DNA of 64,000 bases from an uncultured Acidobacteriaceae bacterium. Its GTDB lineage: Bacteria; Acidobacteriota; Terriglobia; Terriglobales; Acidobacteriaceae. The position numbers were made by a program, and so were the translations under genes. Numbering within the stretch: position 1 is the first letter of the stretch; each line of letters opens with the position of its first letter. Positions 8,372 to 18,039 of the stretch are shown piece after piece. The DNA lies in contig CAWIIY010000004.1 of the NCBI GenBank assembly GCA_963836295.1, positions 26,962 to 90,961 of the forward strand, given 5' to 3'. The notes beneath the pieces were generated by a model. The model saw nothing but the letters and a program-made list of their open reading frames with translations, was not told the DNA's origin and made no database searches.

Positions 8372-9700
8372 ATGTCCTGGATCGATCAATACCGCGGCAA
8401 GCTGGTAACCGCACGCGAGGCGGTGTCTTGCGTGGAGTCGGGAATGCGGGTGTACATCCATCCCGGCTGTGCCGAGCCGGAAGCCCTGGTGGAAGCGCTG
8501 ATGGTGCGTGCGCCCTTCGTAAAGGACGTAGAAGTGATGCACCTGCTAACCCACGGCACTTCGCCGTACTGCGCGCCCGGGATGGCGGAGCACTTCCGCC
8601 ACAACGCGCTGTTTGTTGGCGGCAATGTGCGCGAGGCGGTGAACGATGGCCGCGCCGATTACACTCCTATTTTCCTGGGCGAAGTCGAAGCGCTGTTTGA
8701 AAGCGGCGAGGTGCCAATTGATGTTGCCTTCATTCAAGTGTCACCGCCCGATTCCCACGGATATTGCAGCTTTGGCGTCGGTGTGGAATGCACGCTGACC
8801 GCTGCGAAGTGCGCGCGCTATGTAGTTGCCCAGGTGAACGCCCATATGCCTCGCACCTACGGCGACAGCTTCATTCATGTGAGCAAAATTGACGCCATCG
8901 TGGAACTCTCGCGCCCGCTGTGCGAACTGAAGGTGCAACCCAGCAGCGAGTTGTTTGGGGCAATTGGCGCGCGTGTAGCATCGTTGATCGAAGATGGCGC
9001 CGTCCTACAATGTGGGATCGGTGGCATCCCCGATGCGGTCCTGCCCAACCTGATAGACCGCAAGGACCTCGGTGTCCACACCGAGCTGATCTCCGACAAC
9101 GTAATCCCTCTCATCGAGGCGGGAGTCGTCAACGGGCAGCGCAAAAACTGGAAGCCGCGCAAGATCATTCTTAGCTTCGTGCTGGGCACCAAAAAGCTGT
9201 TCGACTTTATTGACGAGAATCCCATCTTCGAATTTCATCCCTCGGCCTACACCAACGATCCCTTCCGCGTCGCGCAGAATGACCGCATGGTGGCCATCAA
9301 CTCCGCCATCGAGGTGGATTTGACGGGACAGGTTTGCGCCGAGTCCATCGGGTCGCAGTTCTACAGCGGCTTCGGGGGGCAGCTTGACTTCATCCGTGGC
9401 GCGGCACGCTCGAAATACGGCAAGCCGATCATTGCGCTGCCGTCGACGGCCAAGAATGACACGATCTCGCGCATTGTGCCCCGGCTCGCCAATGGCGCGG
9501 GCGTTTTGACTACGCGGGCCGACGTGCATTATGTGGTCACGGAATACGGTGTTGCCTATCTGCATGGACGAACCATCCGCCAGAGGGCCGAGTCGCTCAT
9601 TCAGATCGCTCATCCTAAGTTTCGCGACGAGCTTTACAACTATTGTGAGCGTCAGCGCTGGTTCCAGCGCAACGCTAGTGCGGTGGAAGTAAGTGGGTAA
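8372..9700 (+). CDS. Acetyl-CoA hydrolase/transferase family protein (4-hydroxybutyrate CoA-transferase-like)
   Basis: 442 aa with family-typical stretches: GMRVYIHPG.AEP, LFVGGN, GIGGIPDAV, EVDLTGQV. Confidence 0.85.
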   Translation: MSWIDQYRGKLVTAREAVSCVESGMRVYIHPGCAEPEALVEALMVRAPFVKDVEVMHLLTHGTSPYCAPGMAEHFRHNALFVGGNVREAVNDGRADYTPIFLGEVEALFESGEVPIDVAFIQVSPPDSHGYCSFGVGVECTLTAAKCARYVVAQVNAHMPRTYGDSFIHVSKIDAIVELSRPLCELKVQPSSELFGAIGARVASLIEDGAVLQCGIGGIPDAVLPNLIDRKDLGVHTELISDNVIPLIEAGVVNGQRKNWKPRKIILSFVLGTKKLFDFIDENPIFEFHPSAYTNDPFRVAQNDRMVAINSAIEVDLTGQVCAESIGSQFYSGFGGQLDFIRGAARSKYGKPIIALPSTAKNDTISRIVPRLANGAGVLTTRADVHYVVTEYGVAYLHGRTIRQRAESLIQIAHPKFRDELYNYCERQRWFQRNASAVEVSG

Positions 9701-9714
9701 GGAGCGCAAAAGAA

Positions 9715-10002
9715 ATGACATCGCAGCCGCGCGGTAACGTAATCATCGATCCGGAAGAATGCAAAGGGTGCGGTTTGTGCGTGGAATCGTGCCCGCCCGA
9801 GTGCCTGGTCCTGGCGCCGGAACTGAGTAAGTATGGGGTGCATCCGGCGCAATACACCGGGGAGGATTGCACCGGCTGCGGCGCTTGTTTCTACTGCTGC
9901 CCTGAGCCGGGAGCAATTATTGTGGAGCGGCTGATCCCAACAAAAGCAGCAACCGCGGTCGTCCCGAAAAACCAGGAGGTGGCCCATGAGGCAACTCTGT
10001 AA
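9715..10002 (+). CDS. 2-oxoacid:ferredoxin oxidoreductase delta subunit (2x[4Fe-4S] ferredoxin)
   Basis: [12 protein letters not shown] and [12 protein letters not shown] motifs. Confidence 0.8.
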   Translation: MTSQPRGNVIIDPEECKGCGLCVESCPPECLVLAPELSKYGVHPAQYTGEDCTGCGACFYCCPEPGAIIVERLIPTKAATAVVPKNQEVAHEATL

Positions 10003-11038
10003 AGGCAATGTCGCCATCGTAAAAGGCGCGGTGCTGGCGGGCTGCCGGGCTTTTTACGGATACCCCATCACACCCGCCAGCGAAATCGCGGAATATGCCG
10101 CCCTCCTGATACCGGAAGTAGGCGGCACTTTTTTGCAGGCGGAGAGCGAAGTCTCAGCGATCAACATGGTCTATGGGGCATCGTCTGCCGGCATGCGGGT
10201 GATGAGCGCCTCGTCAGGTCCCGGGTTGAGCCTGATGCAGGAAGGAATTTCCTACATCGCAGGCGCCGAGCTGCCGTGCGTCATTGTTGACGTAGTGCGT
10301 GGGGGTCCCGGACTGGGCAACATCGCGCCCGAGCAAAGCGACTATTTCTGCATCGTGAAGGGAGGCGGCCACGGTTGCTATCGCAACCTTGTGCTCGCGC
10401 CGTCTTCGGTGCAGGAGATGTTCGATCTTACTGTGTTGGCCTTTGATCTTGCCGACCGTTACCGCAATCCGGTGATGATCATGACCGATGGCTACGTTGG
10501 CCAGATGATGGAGCCGCTGGACATCCAATTACGCAAGATTGAAGCTCCGGAGAAAGACTGGGCGGTCAAAGGCACCGCGGAGACGAAGAAGAACCTGATC
10601 ACCTCGATCTTCCTCGAACCAGATGTGCTGGAAGCGCACGTTCAAAAGCTTGAGGCCAAGTACCAGTTGGCTCAGGAACTCGAGACCCGCTCCGAGGAAT
10701 ATCTGACGGAAGATGCGGACGTGTTGCTGGTCGGCTTCGGCATCGTCTCACGCGTGCTGCGTTCCACCGTGGACCAGTTGCGGGCGCAGGGACTGAAGGC
10801 AGGCCTGTTCCGTCCCATTACGCTGTGGCCATTCCCGTCACGCGAGCTCTGCAAAACGTCGCAGCACGTGAAGTCGGTGATGGTGGTGGAGCTGAACACC
10901 GGAATGATGCTGGAGGACGTGAAGCTGACCCTCAACGGCAAAGTGCCGGTGGAGTTCTATGGACGCGCCGGCGGCAATGTGCCGATGGCGGAGGAAATTA
11001 CCGCGCAGGCGTTCGCGCGCATGTCGGCCCTGGTTTAG
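9986..11038 (+). CDS. 2-oxoacid:ferredoxin oxidoreductase alpha subunit
   Basis: [28 protein letters not shown] is the typical N-terminus. Overlaps the delta subunit by 17 nt. Confidence 0.85.
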   Translation: MRQLCKGNVAIVKGAVLAGCRAFYGYPITPASEIAEYAALLIPEVGGTFLQAESEVSAINMVYGASSAGMRVMSASSGPGLSLMQEGISYIAGAELPCVIVDVVRGGPGLGNIAPEQSDYFCIVKGGGHGCYRNLVLAPSSVQEMFDLTVLAFDLADRYRNPVMIMTDGYVGQMMEPLDIQLRKIEAPEKDWAVKGTAETKKNLITSIFLEPDVLEAHVQKLEAKYQLAQELETRSEEYLTEDADVLLVGFGIVSRVLRSTVDQLRAQGLKAGLFRPITLWPFPSRELCKTSQHVKSVMVVELNTGMMLEDVKLTLNGKVPVEFYGRAGGNVPMAEEITAQAFARMSALV

Positions 11039-11090
11039 GGTGCCACCCTTGTCCGTCGCGGCGGACAGGCTGGTGGATGAGGAGGCATTT

Positions 11091-12545
11091 GTGAACGGGT
11101 ACGAAGTTATCCACGAAAAATCGCCGGCGTTCTACCCTCGCTACGAACGTAAAGGGGAACTTCAGCAGCAGACGCATTACTGTCCCGGCTGTGGACACGG
11201 CATCGTGCACAAGCTGATCGCCGAAGCGATCACCGAACTCGGCGTGCAGGACCGCTGTGTCCTGGTGAGCCCTGTCGGCTGCTCGGTCTTCGCTTACTAC
11301 TACTTCGACATGGGCAACGTGCAGGTGGCACACGGACGCGCTCCCGCCGCAGCGACCGCGCTGAAGCGGTCGCATCCTGAATCTATTGTCATGGCGTACC
11401 AGGGTGATGGCGACCTGGCGGCCATTGGCACCGCGGAAATCGTTCACGCGGCGAACCGCGGCGAGAACATTTGCGTGTTCTTCATCAACAATTCCGTCTA
11501 TGGCATGACCGGCGGGCAAATGGCGCCGACATCGCTAATGGGCGAGGTGACCACGACTTCGCCCTGGGGACGCCGCGCCAGCAATGAAGGCTTGCCCCTG
11601 CACGTGTGCGAACTGCTGGCCGCACTAGAGACTCCGACTTACATCGAGCGGGTCGCGCTGAATGATATGAAGAACATCATGAAGGCGAAGCGCGCCGTGA
11701 AGAAGGCCCTGCAGATCCAGAAGAACGGGGGTGGCTTCTCGCTGGTGGAGATCCTTTCGCCATGCCCGACCATCATGAAGATGGATCCCGTGGTCGCGCG
11801 CAAATGGGTTGGCGAAACCCTCGTGAAAGCTTTTCCACTGGGTGTGTTCCGCGACCGCAAGCCGGAGTTGCCACCTGAACCAAAGATTCCCGCGAAGAAC
11901 GTCGCTGAAGCCCTGGAGGTGGAGGAGAACATTCCGCAAGCCACACCCACACACCGCCATCACACCCGCGAGCTGACCGTGAAGATTGCCGGCTTCGGCG
12001 GGCAGGGCGTCCTGCTGATGGGACAGTTGCTGGCCGAAATGGGTCTGCGCGAGCACATGGAAGTAAGCTGGCTGCCATCGTACGGTCCGGAAATGCGCAG
12101 TGGCAGCGCGCATTGCCATGTTTCGCTCTCGCACGAGCGCATCGGCTCGCCGCTCATCTCGCAACCCGAAGTGCTGATTGCGATGAACGAACTCTCACTG
12201 CACAAGTTCGCAGCCAGCGTGGTTTCCGGCGGATTGATCCTCTACAACCACAGCGAGCTGCCCGTGGGCTTCAGCGCGCCGCAAGCTCGAGTGGTGTGCG
12301 TGCCGGCGTCGGAGATTGCCGACCGTTTGGGTGCAGCGAAGGTGGCCAATGTCGTAATGCTCGCGGCGCTGCTGGAAGAGACTGAGTGTTTGCCCGCCGA
12401 GTCAGCGATCTCCGTGCTCGAGGCAACGGTGAAGAATCCCAAGCTCCTCGAACTCGACCGTCAAGCTCTCAAAGCAGGGCGCGATTACGTGGACACGGAA
12501 GTTGAAGTGGGCGCAGTATCGCAGCCCGATGGATATTCATACTGA
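11091..12545 (+). CDS. 2-oxoacid:ferredoxin oxidoreductase beta (TPP-binding) fused to gamma subunit
   Basis: GTG 11091 is preceded by GAGGAGG. Beta part has YCPGCGHG and GDGD motifs. C-terminal part LTVKIAGFGGQGVLLMGQLLA matches the gamma subunit. Confidence 0.8.
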   Translation: MNGYEVIHEKSPAFYPRYERKGELQQQTHYCPGCGHGIVHKLIAEAITELGVQDRCVLVSPVGCSVFAYYYFDMGNVQVAHGRAPAAATALKRSHPESIVMAYQGDGDLAAIGTAEIVHAANRGENICVFFINNSVYGMTGGQMAPTSLMGEVTTTSPWGRRASNEGLPLHVCELLAALETPTYIERVALNDMKNIMKAKRAVKKALQIQKNGGGFSLVEILSPCPTIMKMDPVVARKWVGETLVKAFPLGVFRDRKPELPPEPKIPAKNVAEALEVEENIPQATPTHRHHTRELTVKIAGFGGQGVLLMGQLLAEMGLREHMEVSWLPSYGPEMRSGSAHCHVSLSHERIGSPLISQPEVLIAMNELSLHKFAASVVSGGLILYNHSELPVGFSAPQARVVCVPASEIADRLGAAKVANVVMLAALLEETECLPAESAISVLEATVKNPKLLELDRQALKAGRDYVDTEVEVGAVSQPDGYSY

Positions 12546-12576
12546 AACGCTAGCTATCGGCAGTTGTCTAACTAAC

Positions 12577-12614
12577 GCCTCCGCTTGCCCTCCCGAGCGG
12601 AGGCGGCTTTTTTT
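12577..12614 (+). terminator. Rho-independent terminator
   Basis: GCCTCCGCT / 10-nt loop / AGCGGAGGC followed by GGCTTTTTTT. Confidence 0.75.
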
Positions 12615-12775
12615 CGCTGGCGTCGAAGAATCCAAGGTCGTGAGTTACAGCCGATCCAACGTTTCTTTATTTCGTCATCCACGGGTACCCCGCGCGAACC
12701 CCTCCGCTTAAGTTCAGTGTCAGGCAGGACTACACTACTCGTTTGTCCACAGCGAAACTCAACGTATCAGCCCGA

Positions 12776-13063
12776 TCAGGAAAGCAGCAAGAACGAACCA
12801 GCACCAGGATGGCGCGCCAGCGTTTCCCTTCGGGCAGGGACCCCCCGCCGGAGACGCGAGGCGGGACCCAGAACAGAGCTAGGCACCGCCATGATCAGCG
12901 CCGGCACAAACAGAAAAGCCAGCAGAGCGTATTGTGCCCCACTCTGCGCGAACAGACTCCCCTGGCGCAAAGGCGATGCCAGAGTGCTTCCTAAAAACCA
13001 ACATAATACCGCGCTGCCCAGCCCTGCGACCGCGCCCAGCAAGCGCAAAATTGTGGACGTCAT
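12776..13063 (-). CDS. Small hypothetical membrane protein
   Basis: MTSTILRLLGAVAGLGSAVLCWFLG... with two hydrophobic segments. No clear SD; start uncertain. Confidence 0.3.
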   Translation of the reverse strand: MTSTILRLLGAVAGLGSAVLCWFLGSTLASPLRQGSLFAQSGAQYALLAFLFVPALIMAVPSSVLGPASRLRRGVPARRETLARHPGAGSFLLLS

Positions 13064-13115
13064 CGTAATGGATAGCAGTGTAACAGTTCGACTGGTAGTG
13101 GTTTGAAACCCGAAT

Positions 13116-13613
13116 CTAGCGCGGTGCCGCCGGTGCACTAGTGTCCGCAACCCTCGTCAACTTCCACGGGTTCGGCTTTGGCATCCCGGGCGGCATGGAC
13201 ATGGCGCTCATTTTGAGTTCGGCTGTGGTTTCGCTCTTCAGCCGCATAGTGAAGCGATCGGTCTCGTGCGTGTCCGGATTCTTCGCCGTCAACAGCAAGC
13301 CGTCGCCATTGAGGGTGGCATCTTCGATAGTCTCGGTGATCTGGGTATCGCTAACGCTCTTGATTTCCCCCGCATCGTTGAATTGAAGGTCATGCGCGCG
13401 ACTTAGCGAACCCGAAAGTAGTTGGCCCTGCAGCGTTAGCCGTACCGTCAGCCACGGACGCTCCTCAAACGTTCCAATCCAAGTGCCGGCGTAACCGGCC
13501 AACGGTGACTTCCGAACCGCTTGGTCCGGTGTCGTCTGCCTCGATGAGGTCTGCGACCAGCCTGCACTAACGAGCGTCAGGGCCACCATTACCACAATCG
13601 CACAACGTCTCAT
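13116..13613 (-). CDS. Secreted hypothetical protein
   Basis: Signal peptide MRRCAIVVMVALTLVSAGWSQ. Confidence 0.5.
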   Translation of the reverse strand: MRRCAIVVMVALTLVSAGWSQTSSRQTTPDQAVRKSPLAGYAGTWIGTFEERPWLTVRLTLQGQLLSGSLSRAHDLQFNDAGEIKSVSDTQITETIEDATLNGDGLLLTAKNPDTHETDRFTMRLKSETTAELKMSAMSMPPGMPKPNPWKLTRVADTSAPAAPR

Positions 13614-13859
13614 CGGTGATCCCCCAGGTTCGCTATGAATTGTACTCTGAACTCATCTCGCGCAATGGCCATGCAAAGCCGGCCGCATTGACGTTACCCG
13701 CGATAGCGATCAACGTCGAGGTGAACGATTGGCGGGTGTCGCAGCAGAGGAAGATGGTGTTCAAAATAATAAGGGGAACTGGAGCGCATCCCCCTCTACC
13801 GACGAGTGGCGCTGCAGCAGGAAGCAACCCCGCCGCAACGACAAGGAAATCTCAGCCCA

Positions 13860-14432
13860 TTACTCCCCGATCGCGGGGCTCAGGCTGTGGCGGTCGCCTT
13901 TGAAAAGCCGCGCCGGAGTGGCTTGCCGGGCGCGTTCTTCCTGGTGACAGTTCCAGCATAGCGGGTGCATGTCTTGCAGCTTCAACTGCAACTCGTCGAG
14001 ACCCATTTGGTGCAACTCGAAGAGTTTATGCTCCTGGTTGAGCAGTGCCAGACGGCTTCGTCTCCAATCTGATGGAGAAAGGCTGCGCTCGCAAATGGCG
14101 CAGGTCTTGCCCTCGTACCATTTGGTCAGAAGTCGATCTACGTTTTCTGGAGAAGGATCGACTTGTGCCAGGCATTCCTGGCCGCAATCGCCTTTTTCCG
14201 GCCAGCGCGAGCATGATTTCAGCCGCGAATGCTCCTGACCGCGTAACGCGGTCCAGAATGCATATTCATTGTCGACTTCGATATCGACCGGCTGCCCCGA
14301 CTCCGGACAGACTGCCGACTGGCGGCCACGGTTCTGGTAGTAATTTTGAAGACTCAGCGCCGCCGGAAGACCAGTGACAAGAATCGCGCCAAGGAAGAAT
14401 AAGACGATGGGAAATAAAGCAAAAGTCAACAT
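13860..14432 (-). CDS. Membrane-anchored cysteine-rich hypothetical protein
   Basis: N-terminal TM helix; CxxC pairs (CAICE, CWNCH) plus other conserved-looking Cys residues. Confidence 0.5.
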   Translation of the reverse strand: MLTFALFPIVLFFLGAILVTGLPAALSLQNYYQNRGRQSAVCPESGQPVDIEVDNEYAFWTALRGQEHSRLKSCSRWPEKGDCGQECLAQVDPSPENVDRLLTKWYEGKTCAICERSLSPSDWRRSRLALLNQEHKLFELHQMGLDELQLKLQDMHPLCWNCHQEERARQATPARLFKGDRHSLSPAIGE

Positions 14433-14661
14433 AACTCACCTGCCGCCGGGAACCGGTCCGACAAGGTATATGTAAAACTTCTTATTACCAGGATTCAGTG
14501 ATGCAGCGCACACTCGCATGTGAGGGTCTGAAAATCGACGAGCGATGTTGACGGTACACTCCCACTCCGATGTGCCGCGGCGCAAGCTGACCAGTCTCGC
14601 AACTTCTGGGTCGCCTGCGGGTTGATAAGTCTTCCGTCCGAATCCCTGGAAGCGAGTTACC

Positions 14662-15760
14662 TTGCCGACTCAATCGCGTGCGCGTACGCCAAAAGTCTGG
14701 ATTCTATTGGTGACGCTGACGTCTCTGTTAGGGCCATCTCAGCCACTGTGGGGTCAGCAGACGCCGACCTTCTCTTCCAACGTCAACGTAGTCAACGTGC
14801 TGGCGACCGTGAGAGATAAACACGGCCAAATCGTCAACAACCTCACCAAAGACGATTTCAAGTTAGAGGAAGATGGCCATCCGCAGACGATTCGCTACTT
14901 CGCCAAAGATACCGATCTTCCGCTCACCTTGGGCTTGCTGGTGGACACCAGCATGAGTCAGCGGCGTGTCTTGGAGCAGGAGCGCGTGGCGAGCTACGCC
15001 TTTCTGGAACACCTGATGCGCGAAGATAAGGACAAGGCGTTCGTGATCCATTTCGATTGGGACGTAGAACTACTGCAGGACCCTGACCTCTTCGCGTCAG
15101 AAACTAAACGCCGCCTTGGAGAAGCTGGACAATCCGGAGTTTCAGCAAAGTGGTGGAGGCGGCGGCTCATCCGGGTCGGGCGGCCATCACCGGGGCGGCG
15201 GCACCACGCTGTATGACGCAGTCTTCCTTGCGTCTGACGAACTGATGCAGAAGCAGCAGGGCCGTAAGGCTCTTATCATTCTTTCCGACGGAGTGGATAC
15301 TGGAAGCAAAGTGACGCTAACCCGAGCGATCGAGGCGGCCCAACGCGCGAATACGCTGGTTTACTCTATCCTGTTCTCCGACAAGGAGGCCTATGGTAAC
15401 GGAGGCTACGGTGGGCACATGGGCGGAATGGGCGGAGGCATGGGTCGTCACGGCGGCATGGGCCGCGGCGGTCCAATGGGATATCCCCAGGAATCCCATC
15501 CCGACGGTAAGAAAGTTCTGGAGCAGATTTCAAAGGAAACTGGCGGTCGCTTCTTTGAAGTCTCCAAGAAGCAATCGATTGATCAAATCTACGCGAGCAT
15601 TGAAGAAGAGCTACGCAACCAATACAGCCTGGGCTACACGCCCGACAAGGCCGATGCCACACCCGGCTATCACAAGATCAATCTCACAACTACACAGAAA
15701 GACCTCGTGGTGCAGACCAGAGATGGATACTACAGCGCCGGCAGTGCGGCCCAGCCTTAG
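14662..15760 (+). CDS. VWA-domain secreted protein (acidobacterial VWFA-related type), split by a 1-nt frame change
   Basis: ORF 14662..15216 reads ...FDWDVELLQD. An extra C in the CCC run at 15081-15083 shifts to LTSSRQKLNAALEKL... and ORF 15116..15760. The second half has ILSDGVDTGS and a Gly/Met-rich insert. Confidence 0.7.
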
Positions 15761-15909
15761 ATCGGTTTTCGAATTAGTGTAGCCTTGCAAAGGCACGGGT
15801 AGAGCGGCACTGGCCGGGGCCCCCCAAGCCACGCCGCCTTCGCGCGGTTTGGGGTGATTGAGCGCCGCGTCCCGCGTCTCCTGCCCAAACGCCCTTTCCG
15901 CGGGTCGCA

Positions 15910-16791
15910 CTACTTCTTCCGCTCTACCAGGAAATGCGCGATCTCTCGCATCGTCGCAGAACGATCGCCGAATGAGTCCAGCGCGGCTGAGGCCTTCGCC
16001 ACCAGTTCGTCGGCTTTCTTCACTGAGGCCTCGATACCGAACAGCGCGGGATAGGTCGCTTTGTCATGCGCGGTGTCCTTGCCCGCGGTCTTGCCCAACT
16101 GCTCCGAGGTCTGAGTCACGTCGAGCACGTCGTCGACAATCTGAAAGGCCAGCCCGATATTTTGGCCGAAGTCGCGCAGACTCTGGAGCTGCGATGCATT
16201 CGCTCCCGCATACATGCCACCGGTGACTACGCTGGCCGTCAGTAGCGCCCCCGTTTTGGAACGGTGGATGTACTCCAGCGTGGGCGCGTCCGCATGGTGG
16301 TGCTCCGCTTCGAGGTCCATGACCTGGCCGCCAATCATTCCGCCGATGGTTCCAGTGGCGTGCGCAATTTCGGCAATGATGGCGACGCGTGCCTCCGCCG
16401 GACACTGCAACTTAGCCAGCACTTCGTAAGCGTAGGTCTGCAGGGCGTCCCCGGCGAGGATGGCCGTTGCCTCGCCGAATGCCTTGTGGCACGTGGGGCG
16501 CCCTCGCCGCAGGTCGTCGTTGTCGAGCGCGGGAAGGTCGTCGTGGATCAGCGAGTAGGTGTGCAGCATCTCCAGCGCCGCCCCCAGTTTTTCGACGCCC
16601 TGGGGAATGCAGCCTTCGATCATCTGCGCGGCTTCCATGCACAGGATCGGCCGCAGGCGCTTGCCCCCAGCAAAGACGCTGTGCCGCATCGCCTGATGAA
16701 TGGATGCTGGATACTGCGAAGCCGGTGGGAGCAGGCGCTCCAACGCCGCGTCGGCGACGATTCGACCTTGTTCGAGTGTGCCCTTGAGCAT
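15910..16791 (-). CDS. Polyprenyl diphosphate synthase (FPP/GGPP synthase family)
   Basis: LIHDDLPALDNDDLRRG and FQIVDDVLD aspartate-rich motifs. The MLKGTLEQ start avoids overlap with the upstream gene. Confidence 0.85.
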   Translation of the reverse strand: MLKGTLEQGRIVADAALERLLPPASQYPASIHQAMRHSVFAGGKRLRPILCMEAAQMIEGCIPQGVEKLGAALEMLHTYSLIHDDLPALDNDDLRRGRPTCHKAFGEATAILAGDALQTYAYEVLAKLQCPAEARVAIIAEIAHATGTIGGMIGGQVMDLEAEHHHADAPTLEYIHRSKTGALLTASVVTGGMYAGANASQLQSLRDFGQNIGLAFQIVDDVLDVTQTSEQLGKTAGKDTAHDKATYPALFGIEASVKKADELVAKASAALDSFGDRSATMREIAHFLVERKK

Positions 16792-16816
16792 GAATAGGGC
16801 AGTATAACAATCGCAA

Positions 16817-17866
16817 CTACTTGGCCACGCGATCGGCAATCCACTGCGCGCACTCGCGTGTGCCCAGCGAACCTCCTACGTCCACTGTTGTCTTTTTCGC
16901 GCGAACCGCATCGAGCACCGCGTTCTCGATCTTCTGCGCTTCAGAGTTCAGCCCGAGATGTGCCAGCATCATCGCAGCCGTCAGAATCGAGCCAATGGGA
17001 TTGGCGATGTTCTTTCCTGCGATCGGCGGGGCCGAGCCATGTACCGGCTCAAACATCGAGGTGCGGCCGGGATGGATGTTGCCGCTGGCAGCCATGCCGA
17101 GCCCACCCTGCAGCGCGGCCGCGAGGTCAGTGATGATGTCGCCGAACATATTGTTGGTGACGATCACATCCAGTGAGCCCGGCTCGCGTACGATTTGCAG
17201 GCAGAGTGCGTCCACGTACATGTGCTGGGTCTGAATATCGGAATATTCCTTCGCCACGTCCTTGAAGACGCGCTGCCACAAGCCGCCAGCGTAGGTCATC
17301 ACGTTGGACTTGTCGGACATCATCACCTTCTTGCGTCCGTTGGCGCGGGCGTATTCGAAGGCAAAGCGGATGACGCGCTCGACCCCTTTGCGCGTATTGA
17401 TGTCCTCCTGCGTGGCGACCTCGTCGGGGGTGCCGAACTTGAAATTGCCGCCCATGTCCATGTAAACGCCTTCGGTGTTCTCGCGAATGACCGTAAAGTT
17501 GACGTCGTCAGGCGTGACGTTTCTCAGTGGGCAGAGCGAAGCATCAAGCAGGCGCACCGGACGAACATTGGCGTAAAGGTCCATCTTGAAGCGCATGCCC
17601 AACAGAATTTCCTTGGCGTGGATGTTGCTGGGCACGCGCGGATCACCCAACCCACCGACAAAGATCGCATTGAAGTCACGAGTCAGCATCTGAAAGCCGT
17701 CTGGCGGAACGGTGGTGCCGTCGACCAGGTAGCGGTCCGCGCCCCAGTCGAAAGTAGTGAACTCGACAGCCGCTCCAGTAGCGCGAACCACTTCGAGGGC
17801 GTTGGGGATGACTTCTTTACCGATACCATCTCCGGGAACAACAGCGATCCGCTTGGTGGTGGTCAC
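16817..17866 (-). CDS. Isopropylmalate/tartrate dehydrogenase family protein (LeuB-like)
   Basis: KRIAVVPGDGIGKEV, IRENTEG and NMFGDIITD motifs. GTG 17866 is preferred because ATG 17896 lies inside a heptamer repeat. Start uncertain. Confidence 0.85.
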   Translation of the reverse strand: MTTTKRIAVVPGDGIGKEVIPNALEVVRATGAAVEFTTFDWGADRYLVDGTTVPPDGFQMLTRDFNAIFVGGLGDPRVPSNIHAKEILLGMRFKMDLYANVRPVRLLDASLCPLRNVTPDDVNFTVIRENTEGVYMDMGGNFKFGTPDEVATQEDINTRKGVERVIRFAFEYARANGRKKVMMSDKSNVMTYAGGLWQRVFKDVAKEYSDIQTQHMYVDALCLQIVREPGSLDVIVTNNMFGDIITDLAAALQGGLGMAASGNIHPGRTSMFEPVHGSAPPIAGKNIANPIGSILTAAMMLAHLGLNSEAQKIENAVLDAVRAKKTTVDVGGSLGTRECAQWIADRVAK

Positions 17867-17881
17867 GGGGAAATAGTAGCA

Positions 17882-17916
17882 CTCAGCATTCAGCACTCAG
17901 CAGTCAGTAGTGGTGA
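17882..17916. repeat. Heptanucleotide tandem repeat CTCAGCA TTCAGCA CTCAGCA GTCAGTA GTGGTGA
   Basis: Read directly in the divergent intergenic region. Confidence 0.8.
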
Positions 17917-17990
17917 GCAATTCGGTGGGGGAGGTGCCGTACGAATTCTCTTTGGTTCAGATTGCCGGGATTTGTTGGACAATCAAAGGC

Positions 17991-18004
17991 TGACTGCTGA
18001 CTGC
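17991..18004. repeat. TGACTGC TGACTGC, an inverted partner of the 17882-17916 block
   Basis: The reverse complement GCAGTCAGCAGTCA matches CAGCAGTCAG in the upstream block. Confidence 0.7.
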
Positions 18005-18039
18005 CACTTCGGTCCCTTCGCTATAATCAAAGGTTCAGT

